From an uncultured delta proteobacterium (GTDB lineage: Bacteria; Myxococcota_A; Polyangia; Polyangiales; JAFGIB01): a stretch of DNA of 64,000 nt. The DNA is taken from NCBI GenBank assembly GCA_963778655.1, contig CAVZVA010000002.1:192001-256000 (forward strand), in the 5' to 3' direction. The notes beneath the pieces were generated by a model. The model worked only from the letters and a program-made list of their open reading frames with translations, did no database searches and was not told the DNA's origin. Within the stretch, counting starts at the first letter, position 1; each line of letters begins with the position of its first letter. Below, one piece after another: positions 20,424 to 30,557 of this stretch. A program made the translations under genes and the position numbers.

Positions 20424-22112
20424 TCACAGCCCGTAGCAGATGACGAGGTTGTTGTTTTGGGCGGTGGCGTCGAGCGGATACTGCAGGCCGCTCTGCACGA
20501 TCACGCGCCCGTCCACGATCGCGGCCGCACCCGCCGCGATCGTGCCTCCGGTCTCGAAGCTGTTGAGCATCTCGCCGGTCTTGGCGTTGTAGAAGTTGAG
20601 CGCGGTCCCCGCCGGCACCACCAGCACGCCGTTGGCGACCGAAGGCGCACCCCATACGGTCGAGGGGATCGTCACCGCGGGCCACGCGTCGGCACCCTGC
20701 TGGGCCGGATCGAGCGCGTGCAGGATCGCGGTATTGGGCGGCTGGTTCGCCACCACGTAGAAGTAGGTCCCGTCGAAGGCCCCGTTCATCAGCACGCCGC
20801 CGTTCTGCGGGTTATGGCTGCTGCTGAGGCCGTCGCGGCTCCACAGGATGTCGCCGGTCTCACGATCGAGCACCCAGAATGCCGAGCCCTTGTCGCCGTC
20901 CGCCACCACCTGCTTGCCGTCGATCGTGGCGAGGATCGGGTTGGCGCCGAAGTCGGTGTCGTCGCTGGCCATGCCGGAGAAGGCGGACTGCAGCGTCCAC
21001 ACGTCGCCCTGGCGCACCTGCGTGTGCCACTTGCGCATGCCCTGGCCGAGGTCGACGGCGTGAATCGAATCGGAGTCTTCCCCCATCATCGTGTAGTTGT
21101 TGCCCGTACCGGCGAAGACCACGCCCGCTTCCTCGTCGACCGATACGGTCGACCACACCATGGCGCCGTTCTCGCCCTGCTCCGGCACCGTGTAGTACGT
21201 CCAGGCGCGCGTGCCGTCGTCGATGTTGAAGGCCTCGACCCCGCCGCGGGCCGTGGCCTGATCGGCGCCGCCCGAGACCTCCGCCACGCCGCAGCTGTGT
21301 CCGACCAGCACCTTGCCGCCGGCGATGATCGGCGAGGACGTGCCGTCGCACGAGCTCAGGTCGTAGCTGCGCACCGGACCCCAGACGACGTTGCCGGTGG
21401 ACGCCTCGATCTTGTAGAGGCCCGCGCCGCTCGAGGCGTGCGCGTAGACGAAGCCGTCGGAATAGGCGAGCGACGCGGTGCCGGCGATGTCGGCGTTGGC
21501 CCATGCCTGGGTGCCGTCATCGAGATTGATCGCGTAGGTGCCGCCGGTGGCCATCACGAAGACCTTGCCTTCGGCCACGACCGGCGTCCCGGGCGGGTAG
21601 CCCGCCACCGTGAAGCGCCACTTCTCCTTGAGCATGGGCGCGTTGTCGACGCTGAGCGTGGTCTCGTCCGGGTTGTAGTAGTTGTTGCGCGTGTCGTAGC
21701 CCATCATCGGCCAGCTGCCGGAGGTCGCGGCCGGACTGCCGCCGCCCGCTTCGCCGCCCGCTTCGCCGCCCGCTTCGCCACCCGTGCCGCTGCCCGCTCC
21801 GGCACTGCCGCCCGACCCGCCCGAGGATGTCTGCTGGCACATGCATTCACCGTAGGTGCCCGAGCTCGAGCAGGTCGCTTTGGATTCGGTTCCATCGGCG
21901 CACTTGGTGCCCGTGCACTGCGCGATGTCGCCTGCCTTGCAACCGCCGGTAGGCGCTTCCGCACCTGACGGCGCAGGGGTCTGCACGACCGTGCCGCCCG
22001 CACCGGCGCCACCGCCATCATGACTGCCGCCCCCGCATGCACCCAAGCAAATGACTGAAATCGAAACCCACGCACACCAGCCCCGTGCGCTCATGCGCCG
22101 ATTCTGCTTCAT
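20424..22112 (-). CDS. PQQ-binding-like beta-propeller lipoprotein (PVA-dehydrogenase-like)
   Basis: Lipobox LGAC; WPMMGYD..N, G.MVWST.SVD, GTGNNY, DTDFGANP, repeated A...G...W propeller motifs. Confidence 0.85.
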   Translation of the reverse strand: MKQNRRMSARGWCAWVSISVICLGACGGGSHDGGGAGAGGTVVQTPAPSGAEAPTGGCKAGDIAQCTGTKCADGTESKATCSSSGTYGECMCQQTSSGGSGGSAGAGSGTGGEAGGEAGGEAGGGSPAATSGSWPMMGYDTRNNYYNPDETTLSVDNAPMLKEKWRFTVAGYPPGTPVVAEGKVFVMATGGTYAINLDDGTQAWANADIAGTASLAYSDGFVYAHASSGAGLYKIEASTGNVVWGPVRSYDLSSCDGTSSPIIAGGKVLVGHSCGVAEVSGGADQATARGGVEAFNIDDGTRAWTYYTVPEQGENGAMVWSTVSVDEEAGVVFAGTGNNYTMMGEDSDSIHAVDLGQGMRKWHTQVRQGDVWTLQSAFSGMASDDTDFGANPILATIDGKQVVADGDKGSAFWVLDRETGDILWSRDGLSSSHNPQNGGVLMNGAFDGTYFYVVANQPPNTAILHALDPAQQGADAWPAVTIPSTVWGAPSVANGVLVVPAGTALNFYNAKTGEMLNSFETGGTIAAGAAAIVDGRVIVQSGLQYPLDATAQNNNLVICYGL

Positions 22113-22343
22113 CGCACCTACCTCGAAGACCCGCAGCCCAAACCGCCTCCTTTCGATACACGGTTCACGCCTCGCTGCCAACACGAAAACGCGGTACAAA
22201 TCAGGGCTGGCCGAGGGCAGGATCGAAACCGCCAACTCGGCGCTCAAGATGGCAGCTCTGGATCATCGAGGCGGCGCCGGGTAGCGTCCGACGCGGTATT
22301 GTCCAGCGCTTCCCGTCGCCACCTCACGACCATCACGACCATC

Positions 22344-23369
22344 ATGGACTCCCGCCGCATGTGCTTGCTGGTCGGTCCCGCGCTTGGGATCGCGTCGTGG
22401 CTGGGCAGCGCGCACAGCGCGCCGCCCGACACCGCCGCCGCCGCACCCGCGCAGGCCCCGGCGGCACGAAACGAGCCCGCGCTCGCAACCTTCGCAGGGG
22501 GCCGCATCACGCTCGCCCAGATGCAGCAGGTGGTCGACGCCAGGCCACCCTCGATGCGCCGGGAGCTCGTACCCGAGCAGGGCCGCCGGGGCCTACTCGA
22601 GGACATGGTGCGCTACGAGCTGCTGGTGCTCGAGGCCACCCGTCGCGGCTACGAGCGCAACCCGCGCGTGGAGGAAGCGGTGGCACGCGCGGCGATCGCC
22701 CAGATGCTGCAGCACGACCTGGCCGTGCCGCCGGCATCGATTCCGCAACCGCAGGTGGCGGACTACTACCGAGCGCACGCGAACGAGCTGTCGCGGCCGC
22801 CGCTGCGGCGCGCCAGCCACATCCAGCTGAAGAGCGCGGCGCAGGCACGCGAGCTGATCGCGCAGCTACAAGGCGCCGACCGCCGGCGCTTTGCTGCGCT
22901 CGCGGTCGAGCGCAGCACCGACGCACGCACCCGCCGCCAGGGCGGCGAGCTCGGCTACTTCGAACGCGACGGCACCCGAGACGCGGGCGGGCGCGAGCCG
23001 GCCGTGCCGCGCGCGCTGGTCGATGCAGCCTTCGCGCTCGATCGCGTCGGCGCCATCAGCGCGCAACCGGTGGCCCACGACGGCGCCTTCAGCGTGGTCA
23101 TGCTGACCGGCGAGATGCCAGCCATGCAGCGCCCGCTGGCCAAGGTCGAAGGCAAGATTCGCAAGCGGCTGGCAGCGCAGCAGCAGTCGCACGCGCTTGA
23201 CGCGCTGCTTGCGCAGCTGCGCGCGCAGGCCAAGCCCGAGATCCATCCCGAGCTGCTCGGCGCGATCGCGCTCGACCCTCTGCCCCCGCACGACATTCCG
23301 GAGGGCTTCGCAGCGGCGCCGCCCGATCCGACCGCGCCGCCGCGACTGGTGAAACCGGACGGCTACTAG
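22344..23369 (+). CDS. Exported parvulin (PpiC-type) peptidyl-prolyl isomerase
   Basis: Signal peptide; RASHIQL, FAALAVERSTD, GGELGYF, AAFAL. Confidence 0.85.
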   Translation: MDSRRMCLLVGPALGIASWLGSAHSAPPDTAAAAPAQAPAARNEPALATFAGGRITLAQMQQVVDARPPSMRRELVPEQGRRGLLEDMVRYELLVLEATRRGYERNPRVEEAVARAAIAQMLQHDLAVPPASIPQPQVADYYRAHANELSRPPLRRASHIQLKSAAQARELIAQLQGADRRRFAALAVERSTDARTRRQGGELGYFERDGTRDAGGREPAVPRALVDAAFALDRVGAISAQPVAHDGAFSVVMLTGEMPAMQRPLAKVEGKIRKRLAAQQQSHALDALLAQLRAQAKPEIHPELLGAIALDPLPPHDIPEGFAAAPPDPTAPPRLVKPDGY

Positions 23370-23372
23370 CTC

Positions 23373-23843
23373 TTGCAAGACACCCGGCCCGAGCTCGATC
23401 CGCTGCTGCCGCCTGTCTCGGCGGCGATCCGCATGCACCTGCGGACCGGGTGGATCGCGCTGCTTCTGTTCGTCTCGCTGGGCGCCGCGCTCGAGGCGTT
23501 GCACGCATGGAAGAGCGAGGCCTATCTGGGTGCGGCGAACGAGCCGCGCAGGTTGATGTGGACGCTGGCGCATGCCCACGGCGTGGGGCTGGCGCTGCTG
23601 CAGATCGGTTTTGCCGCCACGCTCAAGCTCGCCGATCGCGCGCTGACGCCGCGGCTGCAGCTGGCATCACGGCTGCTGAACGCGGCCACGCTGCTGCTGC
23701 CAGGCGGCTTCTTCTTGGGCGGCTTGGTGATCTACGACGGAGATCCGGGGCCCGCGGTGTGGCTGGTGCCGCTCGGTGCGCTGCTGCTGTGGACCGCGAT
23801 CGCGCTGGTCGTGGTCGAGCTGCGCGGGCCGCCCCGGCCGTGA
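23373..23843 (+). CDS. Hypothetical 4-TM membrane protein
   Basis: Four hydrophobic segments, LAHAHG motif, LLPGGFFLGG; start uncertain. Confidence 0.7.
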   Translation: MQDTRPELDPLLPPVSAAIRMHLRTGWIALLLFVSLGAALEALHAWKSEAYLGAANEPRRLMWTLAHAHGVGLALLQIGFAATLKLADRALTPRLQLASRLLNAATLLLPGGFFLGGLVIYDGDPGPAVWLVPLGALLLWTAIALVVVELRGPPRP

Positions 23844-24153
23844 GCCGTGCTTGCACGGCGCGCGCAGCGCAGCGCACCGATCGCGCGTGTCGAACGTGGT
23901 CGTGTGTGCACTGTGCGGTTACATAGCCGCAGGCTTTTGCCGCGGCACGCGCCCGGCATGCCGCGAAGCCTATTGCGCACCGCGCCGGCTTGTTATGATT
24001 TGGAAATGATCACGCGGGGAGCTGCTTGATCTGAGTTCAGCAACGCCACCGGGACAGAAGAGCCCGTTGAGGTGAGACGCGGAAGTATGCGGCCAAAGCC
24101 GGAGCGCCGCGAAGCGACAGAAAGATACAGTGAAAACAGAGGAATCCAACAAT

Positions 24154-25230
24154 ATGAAACTAAAACGGATCGCTGCCACGCTGCTGGTCTCCACCTGGAT
24201 CGCGCTGCCGGCAGGGGCGCAACAGACCACGCCACCGGCGCAAGCGCCGCAAGCCGCGCCACCGGTGCAAGCGCCGCAAGCCGCGCCGCCGGCGCAAGCG
24301 CCGCAAGCCGCGCCGCCAGCGCAAGCGCCGCAAGCCGCGCCGCCGGCGCAAGCGCCGCAAGCCGCGCCGCCGGTAGCCCAGGCTCCGACCGATGTTACGG
24401 CGATGCCCTCGACCTCAGCGGCGCCAGCGCAGCCCGCGCCCGTCGGTTCCGAGCCGGTGCCCGCCGAGGCCGCACCGCTGCAACCCGCAGCCACTTCGCC
24501 GGGCGCAACGCCCGAAGCCGGCGCCGCCGTCCCGCCCGTGACCGAGCCGGCACCCGCGCCCGCACCCGCTCTGTCCGCGCAACCCGCGCCGCCGCCGGCG
24601 CAGGTGACGCCCGCGCTGCCCCCCACGCCGCCTCCGGGCGAAGAGGAGGAAGAAGGCCCACCCAAGCCCAAGTGCGTGCTGCAGGACCTGTGCTTGGGCC
24701 CGGTGCTGACGCTGGGTGTGATCAACGTCATCGGCATCGGCGCTCACGCGCGCTACGGCCAGTTCGTGGGCTTCGGCCTCGACTACCAGTTCCTTCCCAC
24801 CATCACCGTCGGCGACGCCTCGGCCGGCTGGGGGCTGTTCACCGTCGAGGGCCGCTGGTACCCGTTCGGGGGCGCGTTCTGGCTGGGCGGCGGCTTCGCC
24901 TATCAACACTTCAGCGCCTCGGCGACCGGCAGCACACCGGTCGGCAGCGTCAAGGTCAAGGGCACGCTGAGCATGCCTGCGATCAAGCTCGGCCTCGGGT
25001 TCATGGGCCATGATGGCTTCGTGGCCGGCATCGACCTCAACCTGAACTTCCCGCTCGGCGGCACCAAGGTCGGCTTCGACCCGCTGAGCGGCTCGGCCGC
25101 GGACACGCCCGAGGGCATGATGATGAGCGCGGACCTGCAGGACAAGATCAACAAGGCGGCGAACAAAGGCGTCAAGCTGATCCCGTTCGTCCCGCAGCTC
25201 AACCTGCTACGCATCGGCTACCTGTTCTGA
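24154..25230 (+). CDS. Exported protein: Pro/Ala/Gln-rich N-terminus plus putative outer-membrane beta-barrel
   Basis: Signal peptide; alternating beta-strand pattern; C-terminal RIGYLF beta-signal. Confidence 0.8.
   Translation: MKLKRIAATLLVSTWIALPAGAQQTTPPAQAPQAAPPVQAPQAAPPAQAPQAAPPAQAPQAAPPAQAPQAAPPVAQAPTDVTAMPSTSAAPAQPAPVGSEPVPAEAAPLQPAATSPGATPEAGAAVPPVTEPAPAPAPALSAQPAPPPAQVTPALPPTPPPGEEEEEGPPKPKCVLQDLCLGPVLTLGVINVIGIGAHARYGQFVGFGLDYQFLPTITVGDASAGWGLFTVEGRWYPFGGAFWLGGGFAYQHFSASATGSTPVGSVKVKGTLSMPAIKLGLGFMGHDGFVAGIDLNLNFPLGGTKVGFDPLSGSAADTPEGMMMSADLQDKINKAANKGVKLIPFVPQLNLLRIGYLF
24238..24372 (+). repeat. 27-bp coding tandem repeat x5 (AQAPQAAPP)
   Basis: Near-identical GCGCAAGCGCCGCAAGCCGCGCCGCCG units. 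Confidence 0.95.
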
Positions 25231-25375
25231 GCTGGCTCTCGTGAGCGCGACGCGCGGCGAGGCGCGAAGCAGCATCTCGCCGCCGCGCCGGCGTCTCGTG
25301 GTCGGAGCGGCGGGCCCGATCCCCGGCGCCTGCTGGTAGCAGCGACCCTTGACCGCGGTGCGCTCCCCGACAACC

Positions 25376-27319
25376 ATGGCCCTGGCCATGCGATGGGAGC
25401 GCTCGCGCTGGGCCTACGCCGCCGCCATCGCGGCGGTGCTCGCGCTGGGCTTGTGGTTGTTCTGGCCGACGCTGCGGCTCGGGCTGTTCGCCGACGACTA
25501 CGTCGCGCAGGCCATGCTCGACGGGCGCTTTGCGGCGCACCGCGGCGCGTTCGACCTGTTCAATTTCGCCGACGGCACGTCGGGCGACATACGCGCGCTG
25601 CAGCGCCTTGGCTCGATTCCGTGGTGGGCCCCGGGCGACTTCCGCGTGTCCTTCCTACGTCCGCTCTCGAGCGCGCTCTGGCATCTGGACCGCGCGTTGT
25701 TCGGCCGCGCCCTGTGGGCCTACCACGCGCACTCGCTCTTCGCCTGGGCGCTGCTCGCGATCACCGCAAGCGCGGTCTACCGCCGGCTGTTCCCACTGGG
25801 GATCGCGGCGCTCAGCACCCTCGTGTTCGCCCTCGACGACAGCCTGCACTTCCCGGTGTTGTGGCTGTCGAATCGCGGCGGCATCTACGCGGTAATGTTC
25901 GGCGCGCTCGGCTTGCTCGCGCACCTGCGCTGGCGTGAGCGCGGACGGCTCGGCTACGCGTTCGCGAGCGCCGGGCTATTGTGCATCGGGCTGCTGCTCG
26001 GCGAATGGGTGCTTCCGATGTTCGCCTATCTGCTGGCCTTCGAGCTACTGGGCGAGCGCGGCCCCTGGCGCGGCCGGGCGCTGGCCTTGCTGCCGTCCGC
26101 GATTCCGGGTCTGGCGTTCCTGATCGGCCGCGCGGTGCTCGGCTACGGCGCCCGCGGCTCGGGCGAATACGTCGACCCGGGCGCCGAGCCGGCCCGCTTC
26201 GCGCTCGCACTGCTGCAACGCGTGCCGGTGTTCTTCGCCGACATGGTCTGGAACGTGCCGTCGGGCTGGTGGGACAACGGCACGCCGTGGCGCGACAGCA
26301 TTCTCGGCTGGGCGCTGATCCCGCCCTGGATCTGGGTACGCCTGCCGGGCTGGCGCGCGTTCCACTATGCGCTCGGCCTGCTCGCGCTCGGCGCCCTCGC
26401 GCTTGCGCTGCGCTTCTGCTGGCGCGGCCTGTCGCCGCAAGAGCGCACCAGCCTACGCTGGCTGCTGCTCGGCTCGCTGCTCGCGCTGATCCCGGTGGTC
26501 GGCTCGTTTCCATCCACGCGCCTGACCATGGCCGCCTTTTTCGGGCTCGCGCCGCTCGCGGCCCTGCTGCTGCGCGAGCTGGGACGGCGCCTGCTGGATG
26601 CACCGCGGGTGCCGCTCCCGCGCTGGATGGCGTTGTACGGCCTGGCGGTCCTGGTGGTCCACCTGCAGCTTTGGTCGCCGCTGCGGGACGACATCGGCGC
26701 GCAGGTCGACAGCTTCGCCACCACCACGCGGTGGGTGTTGGGCGCCGAGCTAGACCCCAAGCGCGTGGCCGAGCAGCGCGTGTTCATGCTGTCGTCGGCG
26801 GAGTTCACCACCACCTTCTTCTTTGCCTACATCTGGTCGGCCTACGGCCGCCCGCTGCCGCGCAGCTACTACCCGATCACGACCGCGCCCTTCGCGCTGC
26901 AGCTGGACCGAATCGCCGACAACGCCATGCGCCTGAGCCCGCTCGGCGGCCTGTTCCTGGGCTCGGGCCAGGAAGCGATGTTCCGCGCGGCGGACGCGCG
27001 CATGCAGACCGGCGCCATGGTGCAGCTTCCGGGCATGCGGGTCGAATCCGAGCGCTCGATCGAGGGCGCACCGGCCGCGCTGCGCTTCACCTTCGACCGC
27101 TCGCTCGACGATCCGGACTACGTGTTCCTGATCTCGACCCCGCGCGGAATCGTGCGCCAGCGCATGCCGAAGGTGGGCCAGCGCACCCAGGTGCCGCGCG
27201 CAGCATTTCCGAGCTGGATCGGCCTTTCGCGCGATCGCGAGGAGCGACGGATCGCCCCGATTCCCGAAACGCTCAGCTATTTCTCCCCGCCGGCCTTCGT
27301 CAGCTACCGGCTGCGCTAA
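25376..27319 (+). CDS. Polytopic membrane protein, GT-C/ArnT-like glycosyltransferase candidate
   Basis: ADDY acidic motif after TM1, FLRPLSS, YHAHSL, many TM helices, soluble C-terminus. Confidence 0.65.
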   Translation: MALAMRWERSRWAYAAAIAAVLALGLWLFWPTLRLGLFADDYVAQAMLDGRFAAHRGAFDLFNFADGTSGDIRALQRLGSIPWWAPGDFRVSFLRPLSSALWHLDRALFGRALWAYHAHSLFAWALLAITASAVYRRLFPLGIAALSTLVFALDDSLHFPVLWLSNRGGIYAVMFGALGLLAHLRWRERGRLGYAFASAGLLCIGLLLGEWVLPMFAYLLAFELLGERGPWRGRALALLPSAIPGLAFLIGRAVLGYGARGSGEYVDPGAEPARFALALLQRVPVFFADMVWNVPSGWWDNGTPWRDSILGWALIPPWIWVRLPGWRAFHYALGLLALGALALALRFCWRGLSPQERTSLRWLLLGSLLALIPVVGSFPSTRLTMAAFFGLAPLAALLLRELGRRLLDAPRVPLPRWMALYGLAVLVVHLQLWSPLRDDIGAQVDSFATTTRWVLGAELDPKRVAEQRVFMLSSAEFTTTFFFAYIWSAYGRPLPRSYYPITTAPFALQLDRIADNAMRLSPLGGLFLGSGQEAMFRAADARMQTGAMVQLPGMRVESERSIEGAPAALRFTFDRSLDDPDYVFLISTPRGIVRQRMPKVGQRTQVPRAAFPSWIGLSRDREERRIAPIPETLSYFSPPAFVSYRLR

Positions 27320-27327
27320 GTGCCACC

Positions 27328-27388
27328 GGAAGGCGGGAAGACAGGAGCTCCCGAGTGTTTTGTTCTTCTCGCCTTCCCGTCTTGCTGT
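27328..27388. repeat. REP-like family B imperfect inverted repeat
   Basis: GGAAGGCGGGAAGACAGG ... GCCTTCCCGTCTTGCTGT between convergent genes. Confidence 0.7.
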
Positions 27389-27428
27389 TGCATCTCTCCG
27401 AAGAGCCATTTCCGGGCGGGACCAGCAA

Positions 27429-28244
27429 CTAGCGCGGGCGCGCCTCGGAGCCGGGGCTCGCGCCTGCCTGGGCGGACGACGGCAGGAAGCGCCGCTTGGG
27501 CGTGAGGAGCAGCTCGGCATGGCCGCGCTCGCCCGGCTCCAGCCACACAAAGGTCTGGCTCTCCTCGAACAGCGGGTGCCATGCGCTCACGCGCACCAGC
27601 TCGGCGGCCGGAAAGTTGGGGATACGAAACTCGCCGCGCGCGTCGGTCACGGCGTAGACCGGATGATAGAAGACCACCAGATCGGTGCGGCCACAGGGCG
27701 CGCCGCGGCTGCACAAGATCGAGTCGACCGTGCCAGGCCGCAGCGGTACGCGTACCTTGCTCCCGGGTGGCAAGATGCGCGCGGCGTAGCTCGGGCCGAG
27801 CATGGGCCGGAACGGAAACGCATCGTCGTTGCGCAGCTCGAGCAAGTCGCCTCCCTGCGCGGCGATCAGCGGCGGCTGCAGCCGGCAGCGGTGAATCTGC
27901 ACCGGATGCACCACGGGGTCGCGGGCGCGCATGCGCGTGAAGTCGCTGGCCGCGACCACGATCCCCGACAGAGCTCGGTCGGCGGTGAGCTGAACCGGAT
28001 GGCGGGCGGCCTGGTTGGCCGCGGCGCACGAGGCCGGCTCGGCCTCCGAGCCGGCCTCGTGCAGCGGCCGGCGTCCGAGATCGAACGCAGCGTACTCGGG
28101 CATCCCTGCGCCGTCGGCCAGACGCACGCGCCCGGTGAGCACGCCGACCGGGCCGCTGCGCCGGGACGGGTCGCGCCCGCAGCCGAGCGACGCTGCGCCC
28201 GCCAGCGCCGTCACCCACAGCGAGACGACCAGGGTCCTTCGCAT
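27429..28244 (-). CDS. Lipoprotein with cupredoxin/carboxypeptidase-regulatory-like domain
   Basis: Lipobox SLGC; C.LQP, HPVYAVTDARGEFRIPNFP, VSAWHP. Confidence 0.7.
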   Translation of the reverse strand: MRRTLVVSLWVTALAGAASLGCGRDPSRRSGPVGVLTGRVRLADGAGMPEYAAFDLGRRPLHEAGSEAEPASCAAANQAARHPVQLTADRALSGIVVAASDFTRMRARDPVVHPVQIHRCRLQPPLIAAQGGDLLELRNDDAFPFRPMLGPSYAARILPPGSKVRVPLRPGTVDSILCSRGAPCGRTDLVVFYHPVYAVTDARGEFRIPNFPAAELVRVSAWHPLFEESQTFVWLEPGERGHAELLLTPKRRFLPSSAQAGASPGSEARPR

Positions 28245-28395
28245 CGCGCGCCATCTTCACACGGCCGCGCCGGCCATGCCACGCGCCCACCACGCCTTTG
28301 GCCGCCGCGCGTGGCCGGCCGGCGCGGCGGCGAGCTCAGCGTCCCATTGGGTTCGCCTGCGTCCGTGCCGACTGCTATCGTCCCGCCACCGAAGT

Positions 28396-28806
28396 ATGGA
28401 TGCGCTGAGCACCGCCATGGGGTTGCTGGAAACGCTGGGCATGCGCGTGGTCAGCGCAGGACCGGCCGAGGTCGTCATCGAGTGGACGGTGAGCCCCGCG
28501 CACCACCAGCCGATGGGCATCGTGCACGGCGGGGTGTATTGCGCCGCGATCGAGACCGCGTGCTCGATCGGCGCATCGCGCTCCGCCAATGAGCGCAACC
28601 CCGACATGGTCGCGGTCGGCCTGGAAAACCACACGTCGTTCATCCGCGCGGTGCGCAGCGGGGTGCTGCGCGCCACGGCACGCCCGATCACGCGGGGGCG
28701 CAGGACGCAGGTGTGGGAAGCGCAGGTCGAGGACGAGCAACGGCGGATCGTGGCCACCGGGCGGGTTCGCCTGCTGTGCGTCGAGCGTGACGCGGCGCTC
28801 GGCTGA
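28396..28806 (+). CDS. PaaI family hotdog thioesterase
   Basis: QPMGIVHGGVY..IETACSIGA, GLEN.TSFIR, GRRTQVW. Confidence 0.92.
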   Translation: MDALSTAMGLLETLGMRVVSAGPAEVVIEWTVSPAHHQPMGIVHGGVYCAAIETACSIGASRSANERNPDMVAVGLENHTSFIRAVRSGVLRATARPITRGRRTQVWEAQVEDEQRRIVATGRVRLLCVERDAALG

Positions 28807-28831
28807 AGCAGCCCGCTGCCCGCTGCTACAT

Positions 28832-28930
28832 CGGGAGGGGCACGCGCCCCTCCAGTCCCATCGGCAAAGCCCGGCCCCGCGGGGGCCCCACCCTCGCGCG
28901 AGGGTCGCTTCGGTTCCGCGTGGTCCGAAC
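28832..28930. repeat. REP-like family A copy
   Basis: GGAGGGGCACGCGCCCCTCC hairpin, CGGCAAAGCC, CGCGAGGGTCGCTTCG, GTGGTCCGAACC. Confidence 0.75.
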
Positions 28931-28981
28931 CCAGGTCGAGCTTGCGGGCCGTTTCGTTGGGGCCCCACCCTCCCGCGCGGC

Positions 28982-29914
28982 TCAAGTCAGCTCGGCGTAG
29001 GTGACGCCGGTGCGCTCGACCGAGATCTGCCACAGGCGCCGCGCGCTGTCCGCGTCGTGCGAGAGGGAGGTCGAGCGCACCCGCGCCGGTGCGCCGGCGA
29101 GCTCGAATGGGCCGCCCGGGCCGATGTAGTCGCCGCCCCGCACCCATTGGGCTGTGGCCGCGCACAGCGTGGGCCAGGCGCCGCGCTCGGCGGACTGCGC
29201 GATCAACGCGTTGCCGAGCCGATACACGGCGGAGGTGAGGCGAGCGCCCTCCAGCGACGGCCCCACCTGCTGCAGATTGGTGGCGGCGTAGCCGGGATGA
29301 CAGGCCACGCTGATGGCTCGCGCGCCGGCCGCGTGCAGGCGCCGCTGCAGCTCGTAGGCGAACAGCAGATTGGCCAACTTGCTCTGTCCGTAGGCCGCCC
29401 ACTTCTGGTAGTGACGGGCGCCGTCCAGATCCTCGAAGTGGATGCGTCCGATGCGGTGCGCGGTGCTGCTGACGGTGACCACGCGCGCCGCCTCGGCGGC
29501 GAGCAGGCGCGGCAGCAGCAGCCCGGTGAGCGCGAAATGGCCGAAGTGATTGACCCCGAGCTGCAGCTCGAAGCCATCTTCGGTGAGCGCGCGCGGCAGC
29601 GCCATCACGCCGGCGTTGTTGCACAAGATATCGAGCCGCTCGTGGGCTTCGCACACGCGGCGCGCCGCGGCCCGCACCGAGGCCAGGCTGGCGAGGTCGA
29701 GCGGGAGCAGCTCGGCGCGGCCGGGTGGCGCTTCGTCCGCGATCGCGGCCAGCGCTGCTTCCCCACGCCCGCGGTCGCGGCACCCGAGCAGCACCAGCGC
29801 GCCCTGGCGCGCCAAGGCAAGCGCGGCGTGGAAGCCGATGCCGCTGTTGGCACCGGTGACCAACGCGATCCTACCGGCGAGATCGGGCAGCTGCTCGGGA
29901 CGCCACTGCGCCAT
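28982..29914 (-). CDS. Short-chain dehydrogenase/reductase (retinol dehydrogenase-like)
   Basis: TGANSGIG, NNAGVM, NHFGHF, YGQSKLAN, HPG. Confidence 0.95.
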   Translation of the reverse strand: MAQWRPEQLPDLAGRIALVTGANSGIGFHAALALARQGALVLLGCRDRGRGEAALAAIADEAPPGRAELLPLDLASLASVRAAARRVCEAHERLDILCNNAGVMALPRALTEDGFELQLGVNHFGHFALTGLLLPRLLAAEAARVVTVSSTAHRIGRIHFEDLDGARHYQKWAAYGQSKLANLLFAYELQRRLHAAGARAISVACHPGYAATNLQQVGPSLEGARLTSAVYRLGNALIAQSAERGAWPTLCAATAQWVRGGDYIGPGGPFELAGAPARVRSTSLSHDADSARRLWQISVERTGVTYAELT

Positions 29915-30109
29915 AGCCACGAATCTCGCATGGGTCAGCGGCCGCTGTCAGCTGCCGCGGCTCGAACGCACAGTTGCAGCGCAGGCGACGGAGAATATTG
30001 TAGAGTTAGCGGTCCGCAGACCCCAGGACGGGGCACCTTCGGGCGGGATGTTTTTGTGTACGGCGCGGGCCTACGAGCCACTCGCCGCCATCAGAGAGGC
30101 CCTTCGAAC

Positions 30110-30556
30110 ATGCGACATTACAAGCGGATCCTGTGCCCGGTCGATTTCTCCTCGTACTCCAAGGCTGCGCTCGAGGAAGCGGCCGGCCTGGCGAAGAGCG
30201 TCGGCGCGGAGCTGTGCCTGATCCACGCGTATCAGAACCCGGCGTACGTGCTGCCTATGTCCGGGTACGTGGGTCCGACAGCGGACATGATCGGCAAGAT
30301 CCGGCAGCAACTCGCCGAGGAGCTCGAGGCGCTTGCCGGGCCCTATCGCAGCCAGGGCATCAAGACCGAGACGCTGGTGGTGGAGGGCGTACCCTACAAG
30401 TCCATCGTGGATCACGCCGGGGAGTGGAACGCCGACCTGATCGTGATGGGCACGCACGGCCGCACCGGGTTGGCCCATGCGCTGACTGGGAGCGTCGCCG
30501 AGCGCGTGGTCCGGCTGTCCCACTGCCCGGTGCTGATCACGCGCGCCGAGGCGTGA
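30110..30556 (+). CDS. Universal stress protein
   Basis: KRILCPVDFS, DLIVMGTHGRTG, GSVAERVVR..CPVL. Confidence 0.95.
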   Translation: MRHYKRILCPVDFSSYSKAALEEAAGLAKSVGAELCLIHAYQNPAYVLPMSGYVGPTADMIGKIRQQLAEELEALAGPYRSQGIKTETLVVEGVPYKSIVDHAGEWNADLIVMGTHGRTGLAHALTGSVAERVVRLSHCPVLITRAEA

Positions 30557-30557
30557 G

